Below, piece by piece: positions 51,670-64,000 of a DNA stretch of 64,000 nucleotides (position 1 is the first letter of the stretch; the number at the start of each line of letters is the position of its first letter). This stretch comes from Camelus dromedarius (taxonomy: Eukaryota): positions 12,836,001 through 12,900,000 of the forward strand of contig NC_087438.1 in NCBI RefSeq assembly GCF_036321535.1, read 5' to 3'. The position numbers and the translations under genes were made by a program. Under the pieces are notes generated by a model. That model was not told where the DNA came from. It did not search any database and saw nothing but the letters and a program-made list of their open reading frames with translations.

Positions 51670-53378
51670 TGATGAAAAGCAATAGATAGGACCCAGAATA
51701 GCTAAACCATTATGAAAAATAAGAAGAAATTTAGGAGACTTATGCTCCTTAGTATCAAAATTAATGACAAAGCTCTAATAATCAAAACAGTGTTATATTG
51801 GCAAAAGAACTGAAATATAGATCAATGAAATAGAAGTGAGATTCCAGGAAAAAACCTTTACATTTTTGGTTAAATGACTTTTAACAAGTGTTCCAAGGTA
51901 ATTCAATGAGAGAAAGATAGAATGTTACTGAGATAACTAAACAATTTAGATGCAAAAGAATAAAGTTGGAGTCCTTCCTCACGTATTCATAAGTTAATTC
52001 AAAATGGATCATAGACCTAAGTGTAAGAGCTAAACTCTAAAACTCTTAGGAAAAAATCTCTAAGAAGAACAATTCCTTTTTGAAGGAGTAAATCTTCATG
52101 CTTTTGGTTGGGTAAGAGTTGTTGTGGTTATTGTTTGTTTGTTTGCTTGCTTTTTAGCTATGAAACCAAAAGCATAAGCAATAGAAGAAAAAATAGATTA
52201 ACTGAACTTTATTAAAATTTAAAAGTTTGTAGTTAAAAAGATATCATTCAGAAATTGAAAAGATAAATCATGGAATAGGAGAAAACATTTGCAAATCATT
52301 TATCAGTTAAGAAATATTTATACAGAATATATGTAGAACTCTTATAATTCAACCACAAAAAGACAAACAACCCGATTTAAAAATGGGCAAAGAGTTTGAA
52401 TATACCTTTTGTCACAGAAGATATAGAACTGGCCAACACACACATGGAAAGATGCTCAACATCATTAGTCACTAGGGAAACGCAAATTAAAGCCACAATG
52501 TGATATCATTTCACATCTTCTAGGATGGCTAAAATTAAAAAAGACAGAAAAATTACAAATGTTGGCGAGAATGTGGAGAAATTTGAATCCTCATACGTTG
52601 CTGATGACATTTTGAAATGGTGCAGCCACTTTGGAAAGAATTTGGCAGTTCTCCTAAACCGTTAAAAATAAAGTCACCACATGACCCAGGAATTTCACTC
52701 CTAGGTGTGTATCCAAGAGTAATAAAAATGTATGTCCACATAAAAACTTGGACATGGGGGATTATTCATAATGAACAAAAAGTGGAAATGGCTAAAGTAT
52801 CCATCTACTGATGCAATGGATGAACAAAATATCATATACCCACACAATGGAGTGTTACTCAGCAATAAAAAGGAATGAAGTATGGATGAAAGTTACAACA
52901 TGGTGAACTTTGAAAAAAAATATACTAAGTGTAAAAAGCTGGTCACATAAGCCCACATATTGTATGATTCCATTTACATGAATAATACAGGCAAATCTTT
53001 AGAGACAGAAAGTAGCTCAGTGATGGCCAGGGGCAAGAGGAAGGGAGAAATGTGGAGTTATTACTAACGACTGCTACATTTCTTCTTTGAGGTGATGAAA
53101 TGTTCTCAAAGTAAATAGTGGTGATGCTTGAACAACTTTGAGAACATAATAAAAAGCTCAGGGCGGGGAGGGTGTAGCTCAAGTGGTAGAGCGCATGCTT
53201 GGCATGCATGTGGTCCTGGGTTCATTCCCCAGGACCTCTTCTTAAATAAATAAATAAATAAACCTAATTACTTCCCTCTCCGCCCACAAAAATTAAAAAA
53301 ATTAAAAAGTAAAAAGCACAGAAGTGTACATTGTAAAAGGTTGCATTTTATGTTTGCAAATTGTATCTCATAAACAAT
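51670..53378 (+). mobile_element. Old L1 (L1MB-like) ORF2 3' part and 3'UTR, interrupted by a SINE
   Basis: Decayed ORF2 (MVQPLWK...PHDPGISLLGVYPR), aattcaaaatggatcatagacctaa and an L1MB-type 3' end. Confidence 0.85.
53162..53310 (+). mobile_element. tRNA-derived SINE (camelid Vic-1-like) with TSD
   Basis: A box tagctcaagtgg, B-box-like ggttcattccc, (TAAA)n and an A-rich tail; TSD aaaaagctcag (53151-53161) and aaaaagcacag (53311-53321). Confidence 0.92.
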
Positions 53379-54081
53379 AATAGACTAGAAGGAAAGCAAA
53401 GGAATCTTAAATCATTGCCCATGACTCTGGGAGAATTGTTATCAGTGGTGAGGCAGACTCTGAGAATTCATGACTAACTTGAAATTTCCATGTTTACATG
53501 ATGAGATGAAATTTGAAGTTATTCTATAATCTTCATTCTATACACTATAGAGTTTTGAACATTCTGGGAAAGATGAGTGATTTTCAGAAGTAAGGGAAGA
53601 TGAATAAAAACTGACAATATTCAACTTTCCCAGTGACAGTTCTGAGAACACATAAACAAGGAGGTCTGTGGGAGGTGATTTTTAAGTCTATATCTTGAAA
53701 TAAGAATTTCTAAGATAAGTGAATCTTTTCCAGGAGAGAATTAAAAAAACTGATAATTTTCTTGCAAACAAAGTAAAAGCAATCAAATTAGTATGTCCCT
53801 TAATATCACTAAGTATAATGGATTGTGAGCAAATACTGCACCCGCCTCCTCATTTTACTCCCACATTCAAAGGGAGTGAGGACCTTAGCTGTAGCCAGCC
53901 TTACTTAGCCGTGAAAACTCTGAGCATATGATATATGTCTGTGTCTGCATATGTTGGGGTTGGAATGGAGCTAATGATACCTACAGAATGACATGCTGAT
54001 ATGCCTGTAAGTGTTAATATTTTGGAGAAATGGATTCAGAATACAGTTTCAGAATATAGTACCAGTTACCAAAGATATTTT

Positions 54082-54100
54082 ACACACACACACACACACA
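54082..54100. repeat. Short (AC)n microsatellite
   Basis: About nine AC units. Confidence 0.9.
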
Positions 54101-55284
54101 GACATCCCCACACATCACTCTTCCCTGGAACTATAAATCTTAGATTCAATTGAATTTTAGATTCAATTAGAGGAAAACGTATTGAGAAAGGAACAGATTG
54201 AAATGAAGTTTCTTCTATATGATGGAATTGATGCTTAAAATAGAAATTAATATAAGATATAGAAATTATAAAGATGTATTTGAGTTATAGGTTTATGACT
54301 TTTAATTTGTTAAAAAGGGTTTTTTAAGTGAAGCAAACATAAATGACTTCAAGATCTCGATCATGACCATTGGCATCCCAGTGTTGATTGCTGTACTGTC
54401 AAGAGTGTAGTTAAATGTTTGTTTTGACAATAACAAGTTTGAGTGTTTGGACTATGGTTTTGTGCTTCTTCTATGCCCATTACACAAGTGGTATTCCATA
54501 TTTCTTTCTTTTCTTTCTTTTTTTTTTTTTTGTAATGGTGGGTTGGGGTGGGTACAGGAAAAGCAACACACAAAAGGTACAGAGAGAATACAGTTTTGAT
54601 GTATGTTTGTGGTAAAAAAAAGATTACGTGAATTCACATGAAGAAGGGGACCAATGAAAGTATCACCTGAAGATGCAACAGAATGATGATGTAAATCAAC
54701 CATGACATCCAGGTCTATGCAAGCAGCTCAGCACTGCCTTGTGTGCCGCAGCATGTGTCTCATTCATGCTGGTCCAAAGGACCAGTGCTTGTGAGAAGTG
54801 CTCACTGGAGCATCAGGTTCACAGGCTGTTGATTCAGTTTTGCACCTCTGGGAACTACATGAACCTTGGATTAAGGACCATTGGTTTAAATGAACTCTGA
54901 AATCCTTCCTAGATTAAAAACGTTAACTCTGTATTACAAATGGGAGGAGTCCTTATCATTAAATTGACACTCAAATTTTATTTTGCCTGAACCTTGAATC
55001 CTTGCTAGATCAATTTTTATTGTGACAAAAATGATGATATTTAGTTTTACAAGCTTCCTTTTTTTCCCTATAAAACTGTTAAGAAAACCATTTCATTTAT
55101 ACTTCAGTTAAAGAAAATCTTTTTCTTTCATTGACTCTTACAAGTACCAATTTGATTGCAATAGTTTTGTCTAATGGCATGGCAATAACAATTTCACTAT
55201 GGTCTTTTATAAAGCAATGTGGTAACTCAATTTATCAAATCTTCAGATATAAAAATAAGAAAATGTTTTAAAAATGTTTAACAT

Positions 55285-58165
55285 CAGGGATTTTTCAGCT
55301 TCAGCTTTCACACGTAAAGAGCTTAGAAGTCATCACTCCATACTTAAAACAAGAAAAAGAAAAAAAACTAGATAAACTGAAAAGCAATGATTTTCCTCTT
55401 GAGTCCATTAAAAAATTGAAATTATAGACTAAGCCTATACCTACAAATCTGGATAGACAAATGCATTCAGAGAAGCACAGCTGAGATCTGCTTACCTGGA
55501 GAAGAAGCTGCTGGAATCACAAACTTGTATGAACATGAAAATGGTAATTTTGACCAATTGCTGAAGCTGATCGTGGACTAACATGAAACAGAGACTCCTA
55601 GGTGCTCTCACCCTTTCATGAGCTTTACTTCCTGGAAACCCATCACGTTCTAACAATAAAGAGTCAAGAGAGAGCACTTTGTGGTGCTGGTAGGAGAAGA
55701 GGTCTAATCACTGAGAAATACACATAGAACTTTCTCCATGACAAAAGCCTAATCTGTGAAAAAAGGACTATCAGAGCCATATCCCAGCTAGGGGAAGGGA
55801 ATTACTCCCACTCCAGTTGCTACTGACTTCCTGCTTCACCTAAGAGAAATACAAACAAACAAACAAACAGCCATGAAGTTAGAGGCTAAAGATTGGGATG
55901 CTGTTGGCAAAAAGGAGAGTAGGGGACAAGGGGAAGAGCTACATCACTGAAAAACATTTCTGTTGGTCACAGCCCTGAGACACAGGCCCATGAAGAGACT
56001 AAAGTTTAATCCAGAGATCATATAATTCTCTTTTCCTTCCTCCACACATGGTTTACCACCAGCACCTTCTCTGCATCAACAGGGCTACAAAAAACAGCAG
56101 TGGACTATAGCTTTAAGGGACTGCAAGATGCAGAATCTTTCTGAGGAGGAATATTTAGGGAAACCCAGAGGAGAGACTAAAACAAGGACACTAGAGGAAC
56201 TTATAGCCCCTAATCAAAGCTATAGCAAACATCAAACAAATCTCCACTCCTGGCCAGAATAAAGTAAATTCTCACACAGGTTATTTATATCAATTCTTAT
56301 TACCTGATATAGCATGTCTGGCTTTCAGCAAAAAATTACATGGCGTGCCAAAAGGCAAGAAAACAGTGCAGTCTGAAGAGACAAAGCAAGTGCCAGAATC
56401 CAGTGCAGATAAGACACAGGTGTTGGAATTATCAACAGGGAATTTAAAATAACTATGATTAATATGCTAAGGACATTAATGGAAAAAATAAATATGCAAG
56501 AATAGGTGGGTATCATAAGCACTAAGATGGATTACTAAGAAAAGGTCAAATGGAAATGATAGAAATGAAAAAAAATACTATAATAGAAATAAAGAATAGC
56601 TTTGATGGGTTCATCAGTAGAGTCAACATGGCTGAGAAAAGCATCATTAAGTACGGAGATAGATCAATTTATATTTCCCAACCTGAAACACAAAGAGAAA
56701 GATGAATAAAACAAACAAACAAACAAACAAACAAAAAACCAGAGCAGAACATCCAAGAATGATGGAACAATAAAAGCAAATGTAATATAACATGCAATTA
56801 GAATGCCAGCAGTGAAAGAAAGGTAAAATAGAACAGAAGAAATATTTAAAGTAGTAATGACCAAAATCTTTCCAAAATTAATGACAAACACAAAACCCCA
56901 CAGGTTTAGGGAGCCAGAAAAGATGAACCATGATAAATACCAACATCTACACTAACACCTAAACCCCCACAGCCACATACACATAGGCATACCACATTTA
57001 AACTGAGGAAACTCAAGAGACAAGGAGAAAAATCATCACAGAATCCAGAAAGAAAACTAACCTTATCTATAGAAGAGCAATAACAAGAATTATTTTTGGA
57101 CAGAAGACTTAATGTCACGAATCATAGAAGCCAGAGGAAAATAAAGTAAATTATTTAAAGTGAGGAAAGAAAAAAAAATACTAACGTAGATTTCTACAGC
57201 TAGTGAGTTTCTCTTTTAAGAGTAAAGGAGAGCTAAAGACTTTCTCAGGCAAACACTGAGGAACTTCATTACTAGTAGACCTGCTTTGCAAAAACATGGA
57301 AAACTCTTGAGGTAGAAGAAAAATTATATGAGAGAGCAACTTGAATGTACACACAAAATGAACATCAGAGAGGAAATAAAGGAAGGTAAAAGTAAAATCT
57401 TTTATTTTTCTTATTCTTTGTTAATAAGCAATACAGCTTTGTTTAAAGCAATGACAGTAACAATTTATTGGATAATTCTAGCATACGGATAGGTGAAATA
57501 AGTATAAACAATGTCACGAGAGGTGAGAGAAGATATCAGGAATACTGTGTTAGAAGGTACCTGTACTACAGGTGAAGTAGTGTAGTGTCAGTTGAAGGTG
57601 GACTTAGTTAGAAATGTGTATTAGAAACACTAGGGCAATCATGAAAAATTTTATGAAAAGCAGTACAATTTTATATGCTAAGAAAGGAGATAAAATTGAG
57701 TTAAACACAATTCCAATTAAAACCAGAGACAGAAAAAAAAAAGGTGTAAGAAGGGAAAAGGCAAGAATAGAAAACAGTTACAAACACAGTATATATTAAT
57801 CCAACTTTATCAATAATCATTTAACAGATGAATGGCCTAAATGCACAAATTAAGAGACAGAAGCTGTCAGCGCAGATATAAAAAAGAAGCATAAACTACA
57901 TTTTGTATACAAGGAGTCCACTTTAAAAATAAAGGCCAAGTTTGATGAAAAGTAAAGAGATGGGCTAGAAAAATGTATGTCATGCTAACAATAATTAAGA
58001 GAAGCTGTAGTAGTTATATTAATTTCAGACAAAGCCAATTTCAGAACAAGAAAGGTTACCAGAGATAAAGAAAGGCAATGTATATTGATAAAGGGGTCAA
58101 TTCTTCAAGAAGCATAATCATCTTAAATGGATATGAACCTAATAACAGAGCATCAAAATAATTCA
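55285..58165 (+). mobile_element. Ancient L1 5' portion (L1MD/L1MC-type 5'UTR, decayed ORF1, start of ORF2)
   Basis: 5'UTR-like gagcttagaagtcatcactcc; ORF1-like A-rich region (gaatttaaaataactatgattaatatgctaagg; gaaataaagaatagctttgatgggttcatcagtaga); ORF2 endonuclease start at about 57810 (atgaatggcctaaatgcacaaattaagagacagaagctgtca). Confidence 0.8.
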
Positions 58166-59524
58166 AGAAAAGAATTTGCCAGCAATTGAACTATGCAAAG
58201 ACAAGACATTGACGTATAAAGACAACTTTCTTTCTTTCAATAGACTTATTGTAAATATAAACTACTTTACATCATCAATCATTATACATTTACCACTTTA
58301 ATTTTGGCTACATTGTTTCTAGGCATAAGAATCACATACCCCTACCAATCTGAGAACAGATCAGACTGTTTCATTGCCTAAAATGCTCTCTTTCATAGAA
58401 GGTAGATGGCATCAATGAGCAAAAGATAGATTCAAGAAAAATATGAAGCAATTGTAACATGAACTTAAATAGCTGGGCTATATAGTTATTGTTTGACTCT
58501 GGTAAAAGAAAAGAATAAATGAGAGTATGGTTACCATTATTTTGTAAATGCACGAAATTATTTTAAAGCATGAAAAATTTGCAATTCAATATAGCATCTC
58601 AGGCATAGCTTTATGCCAAGAATGCAAACAGTATTTATTAATTTAACTTGATGACTAGATCATGTAATTCTAATAAATATATTCTCAGAATGATTAGTTC
58701 TCTGAACAAAAAATCCTATTCAGATGATACATGAAATTATAGATGAAGGTACTATAATTTATATCAAAATATTTATATAATCAATATTTATCAGGATCCT
58801 ACAATAATCCTTGCACTTTTATAATATACATTCAGTTGAGAGAAGTATAACACAAATAAACATGCAAATTGATAAAGAATACGTTATAATGAAAATAGTC
58901 TATCAAATTGTCTTAAAGTATTTCAAGTAACACTTTATAACAAGACCAATAGATAAAAAATACATTTGTTTAATGTATCTTCTGGGAACAGACAAGCAAA
59001 TTTATCTTAGTGTTAAAAATTCACCTACTCTTTGGTCACTCTGATCTCATTATTATTGTGAAATGGAGGAAGAAGGGAAAAAGGAAAAGAACTAGTTAAT
59101 GGAGATAAGTGTCACTCCTTCACTAGGTCCCTTCTATGGCCATGTGCCTAAGTAAGCACATGTAAATCCACAAGTAAATCCACTTTTAAAGGAATTTCTT
59201 TGGTTTCAAGGAACTAGAACAGAGATGACAAAATTGTTACTCTGTATTGAAAGAGTCTCTTGTTATTTACCCAATGTTTTCATTCCCACATTACCAAGCA
59301 ATGAAGCAGAGTTACAAATTTCTTGACTAGATAAACCTATAAAACTTAGAGTACATTAGTTTTAGGAATGTGATTAAATTATTTTAATAAAGTTTTAGTA
59401 ACACTAGGACAAAAATCTTTCTATAAATTATATATTTTTCTTATGAGAAGAAATCATAGTATCCATGAATTGTGTTAATTATATTTCTAGTTTTTTTTTT
59501 CTAATTTTGGAGGGTTTTGGTAAA

Positions 59525-59677
59525 GGGATATATACTTAGTATTTTGTGGTAACCCATTATGAAAAAGAATATGAAAACAAATATATCAAATATATGTATA
59601 TATATGTATGACTGAAACATTATGCTGTAAACCAGAAATTGACATATTGTGAACCAATGATACTTCAGTAAAAAAAG
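59525..59677 (+). mobile_element. L1 3'UTR fragment
   Basis: gaaaaagaatatgaaaac...atgactgaaacattatgctgtaaaccagaaattgaca...atacttcagtaaaaaaa. Confidence 0.82.
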
Positions 59678-60587
59678 TTACCCTAATGCACTTCAAAAGA
59701 AAAGATCTCAGTTAAATCCTCTGGACTCTTGGATTTAAACAAAAGCTAAACAGAGTAACTGTTTCACTGTAAACCCAGTAGCCCAATAATAACATAGTGT
59801 ATAATACCTCCTAGTTTTAAGTTAATTTGATGCTGTTATAATTCCATATCATTCTATATAACTTCAATTGAACAAAAATGGAAATGGGTTATTTAGTGCA
59901 TTCAGTAGTGACAAGAAATCATGTTTTATTCATTATCCTTGATTAGCTTTATGTGAAGTGTTCAGGCATAGGTCTCAAAACACCTCTTTTAGAAGTGTGG
60001 CTAATCTTTTTAGGAGAGGAAAGAAAACAATTTCCGTTTAGGCCATCAATCAATGAAATAGCAGCTTGGTTCCAATTGGAAAGCTGCTACTGCATTGTCA
60101 GATAGTAGCAGTTATTAACCAGCCCCTGAACAGCATATGTTATTTCCATTAACTTTCATCTCTCCTGATGAGCAGATAAATGGATAGGAAAAAATGAGTT
60201 GACCAGAATAGATAGATCTGAAGATAATGTATTTGCAAGGCATCAAGGTGTAAATGAAATTCCTAACAGCTTCCACTGTGTCTGAACGCAGTTGAGTAAA
60301 ATTAAGCCAAAGGAACAGACTGGGTATGTGTGATAATAGGGCACAGTACATGTTCATCTTGGATTCAGGAAAGCTAACCACAATAGATAAAGGAAAACAT
60401 AGATCCTAGCCTCTGGGAGCTCATGGCTATGAAAAAAGAGAAAGAAGGAGTCAACTGAACGTGTAAAGAGTACAGTACGTACAGTGACAAAAGTAAACCC
60501 CGGAGGTTCTGAAGTATGTCAGCAAGGAATCTCACCCATAACGTTAGGGCCAGGAAAACTTCTCGAATTGAGTTTCTAAGAATGAAT

Positions 60588-60842
60588 GAGAGTTGGAGGG
60601 AAGGGATAAAAGAAGTGTTTGGGATTAACAGGTACACACTACTGCATATAAAATAGATAAACAACAAGGTCCTACTGTGCAGCACAGGGAACTATATTCA
60701 ATACCTTGTAATAACCTATAATGGAAAAGGATCTGAAAAAGTATGTGTATGTATCTATCTATATGAATCTAGATATATATCTGAATCACTTTGCTGTATA
60801 CCTGAAACTAACATCGTAAGTCAATTATACTTCAATAAAAAA
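60588..60842 (+). mobile_element. L1 3'UTR fragment with TSD-like flanks, inside L2-like sequence
   Basis: tttgggattaacaggtacacactact...aacaacaaggtcctactgtgcagcacagggaac...ttcaataaaaa; flanks aagaatgaat (60578-60587) and aaaaatgaat (60838-60847). Confidence 0.88.
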
Positions 60843-61311
60843 TGAATTCATGAGGTTTAGATGAATGACAAGAAAATCATATTTTATGTAGAACAAAGAG
60901 AAGGCCAAAATAAAGATTTGAAAAAGCAAGGCAGGAATGAAAACTAACTATGCTGTTTAACATGGCTGGTGTATCGGGTTTGGATAATTGTGAAGTAAGA
61001 AATGAGGTGGGATGTGTAGCGAGAGTTAAGAAGATTGAGTTTTTTAGAGAAGGTTAGAGGAAGGGCAATAGCTAAAGGAGATTCAGAACTGATAGTTATT
61101 TTATCAGGGTGAAGCAACCTACATATAGGTTAAGGGGAAGCAATTCAATAGAAAAAGATGAAGTACACAAAGCTTTGCAAAGTTAGTTCTCAAAATGACT
61201 AGAGTCCTACCATTTAAGTCTCTGTAAAGAATGTGAAGGGGTATTGAGTCTGTGGCTACGGGAGCAGGAAGTTGAAAACGCTCTTGGCAAATTTTCTCTT
61301 TTATCCTATAA

Positions 61312-61521
61312 CTGTGGTTTCCAACCAGGGACAATTTTGCTTCCCCACTGAATGTGTAGCAATATTTGGAGATGTTTTTGGTTGTCACAACTGATGGGGC
61401 TGCTGGTACTGTCATCTAATGGGTGGAGGCTAGGGATGCTGCTAAACTTCTTATAACATACAGCAGAGCTGTCCCCCCCACCCCCAATCAAATATCAATA
61501 GAGTTGAAGTTGAGAACCCTG
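61312..61521 (+). mobile_element. MER20
   Basis: gtggtttccaacc...tttggagatgtttttggttgtcacaactg...gggtggaggctagggatgctgctaaac...gttgagaaccctg. Confidence 0.88.
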
Positions 61522-62117
61522 CTTTAGGAAGTAATAGATGATGTTATTTGTGGATTTAGGGGTCGGAGGATTAGGTAGGAACTTCAAGAGGCCAGACTAA
61601 ATTTGGAATAGGGTTGAGTGGATGACAGAAGTACTTAAAATGACTGAGGTGTGGGTCAAAACTCTAGTGTGTCTCACCTAATGGAAAAAAATTAAACTGA
61701 ATTACAAAAGAGTAAGGGAGAAGATGAGTATTGAGCATGGCACAGATGGTTTCCCTGTCTTATGTCTTTCAGGATATTAATGATTTGTTTAAAAATCTTT
61801 CTTCCCTGCATAGTCCCTGTTTTCTCATGGTCCGTCACCCCTTTGTTAATTTTCTCATCTCCTTTTCATTTTAGAAGGATTGTCTTGGACAATTTGTAAT
61901 TTTTGGTCTCTTATACTCATTTTAAAAGGCCTTCCTTAGGTTGTTGTTAATTTGTTTTTTATTCATTTTCAATGGTAAAGAGCACCATTCAAGAGTCAAC
62001 TTCTTTAATCCCCTATGTTAGGTAAAGTATACTTAGTAATTCATTTTACTAGGTAAAATTGAAATGGATTAATGATATTTTTATAGAGGCTGAAGTCAAG
62101 TGTAATAATACAGGAAT

Positions 62118-62280
62118 TATATATACAACACACATAATATGTATTATATATATTATACACACGATATGTACACACATACACATATAATATACAGTATAGT
62201 ATGTATACATGTATATCACGTATGGTATCTATATTATATTATGATTTTTTTCACGAGTATATGTATATCATAAAAATATA
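62118..62280. repeat. Degenerate (TA)/(CA) low-complexity tract
   Basis: Alternating AT/AC-rich sequence. Confidence 0.7.
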
Positions 62281-62656
62281 CGTATGATACATATATTGTT
62301 TCAGTAGTAAAGCAAATTTTATTTTATTAGTAGCAAATTCCAAAGACTGGGTTTCATAATCTTTGAGAAAATCATTTATTGTTGTTTGGGCCATCTGATT
62401 TTCCCACCTCTTTTCTGACCAATTTTGATCCTTAATAATCTTCTTCCTACCTCGCACCATTGTAAGTACATGATAGGATCACAGTAAATACTCGTTTATT
62501 TACTAACTAAATAGAAAAAGAACCCTCAATTAATCGACTAGAAGGAAATTACATCCAGTGATTGACGATACTGTAGTAATCTATAGGGAAATATGATAGG
62601 AAAAGATAGAGAATTAGATCATTAATAGTAATTAAAATAATAGTAAAATATAGTAA

Positions 62657-63010
62657 AATAATAATAGCTGCATGGAACTAACTATATGTCAATTACTGTT
62701 CCAAGTGCTTTACATATGTTAATACATTTAATCCTCCAACAGTTCAGTTTGAAAGTGATGTTATGTGATTTCCATGCTCACTTCATTGGTCGGAAAAAGT
62801 CACCTGGTCATGACTGAGTTCAAAAGGGTGGGAATGTTAAGTTCTTCCACTGAGAGGGGGACTGAAAAGAGAGGCATGGAATTAAGATGACTAGAAATGC
62901 AGTCTACCACAGCCTTTTCCTCTGCCTGAGGAAATTTGGGCACTATGAGGTTAAAGAACTTGTTCAAGGTTACACAGCTGGTAAGCTATTCGACCAGAAT
63001 TCAAAAGTTT
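62657..63010 (-). mobile_element. MIR interrupted by an MLT1-like fragment (about 62745-62910)
   Basis: MIR blocks aagtgctttacatatgttaatacatttaatcctc and gaggttaaagaacttgttcaaggttacacagctggtaag flank cttcattggtcggaaaaagtcacctggtcatgactgagttcaa...ctaccaca. Confidence 0.65.
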
Positions 63011-64000
63011 TGATTGCCAAAGTGTATTACAGTTGTGCTGTGCGCCTCAGTCCTGCCAGAATGTGGTTAAATGCTTTGAGATTCCCTTGGCATTGGGAAA
63101 ACATAAAGAATTAGGTTTCCCAACAGTATTTGCAGAGAATCGATGTCTGTTAGAATTATGCTACATTAATAATGAAATTCAGCAGTTTGTTTTCTTTCAT
63201 TTCTCCCTCTTTTTGGCCATGTCACAGTCATAACCTCCATCTTTACACTCACTTCTCATCTGCGTCTTCCTATGAAACCAAATGGGCAGGGTTATTTGGA
63301 GGTGGAAGTGGTTAGGAAAAGAATGGCAGTGTTTAATGAAACATAAGACACCGTGAGGTCATGGAAAAACAATGTATAATGTTTCTTAACTTTGCAAATA
63401 GATGACAATTTGGTTCCAATCACTGTGGTTTTAGTTCCTGAGATTGTTTTACATTGTTACGCTTTCTAACTAAAGAGTTCAAGTGAATTCTGAAATTATT
63501 CATTTCTCTTTAATTACTATGAGATCTCATAATACCATTTAATTAGATAATCTTATACAATGCTTGAGGACAAAATCTTTTATGCATACTTAATACTCAG
63601 AATAGCATTTGTGACATTTATATGGTTCTCTCTAGAGAATTTATTGTGTGTAGACATGATATAGATTATTCCTTTTTAATGGAATAAATTTTATATGGAT
63701 TTAGATAATTCTACCCTCTTCATAAGCATGGATTTATGCTTTAAGTATTAAGTATGTTCTTAAATATCCTTAAAATAATAATGTAGAAAAATAGTTTGTA
63801 AACTTAGGATTGCATATTATTTTGTTTGCTAAATGTTCTGGGTGCATAACAATTATAATATCATAAAACATGCCCTTGGCAGAGCCTGGAGTTAACTGTT
63901 TAACCATTTTATTCCTGACATTTTTGTTGACTGCATATGGTAGTGGGGTTGAAGGAAGATAAAAACTGAGAAAAAGATTTTGAGGAGGCAAAATAGAAGA

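Noticed and set aside
53162..53240. tRNA-like sequence (also 41655-41726)
   Set aside because: It is a SINE head: it has an A-rich tail and TSD, a degenerate B box and no proper acceptor stem.
5705..63991. Remaining 60-133 aa ORFs in the track
   Set aside because: None resembles a protein family I recognise apart from L1 remnants; many lie in repeats or start at non-ATG codons.
1..64000. CRISPR array, operon or retron/defence-type reverse transcriptase system
   Set aside because: No regularly spaced repeats or gene clusters; the DNA is mammalian and the only reverse transcriptase is ordinary L1 ORF2.

Overview
AT-rich, CpG-poor mammalian genomic DNA with no CpG island. It is probably camelid, because two tRNA-derived SINEs look like the camelid Vic-1 type. 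I cannot support any host protein-coding gene, rRNA, true tRNA or CRISPR array, so the window reads as intronic or intergenic. The main feature is a young, 5'-truncated LINE-1 on the minus strand (784-4807). It has a perfect 16-bp target-site duplication, and its ORF2 is interrupted only by one extra base in a homopolymer run. The rest is layered transposon debris: L1 fragments of several ages, L2, MIR, MaLR/ERVL/ERV1 solo LTRs and hAT elements (MER58, MER20, MER63). Repeat family names come from my recall of consensus sequences, not a database search, and boundaries of old elements are approximate. I found no evidence for a new multi-gene system. The best second-look items are: a non-repetitive cluster with two PBX-MEIS/PREP decamers and an AP-1/E-box site (18.8 kb); a recursive-splice-like AG|GTGAGT site (20146); a flank-supplied in-frame ATG on the truncated L1 ORF2; an L1 target site present three times (L1 plus SINE); two templated inverted insertions in one L1 copy; and a twin-priming-type inversion.
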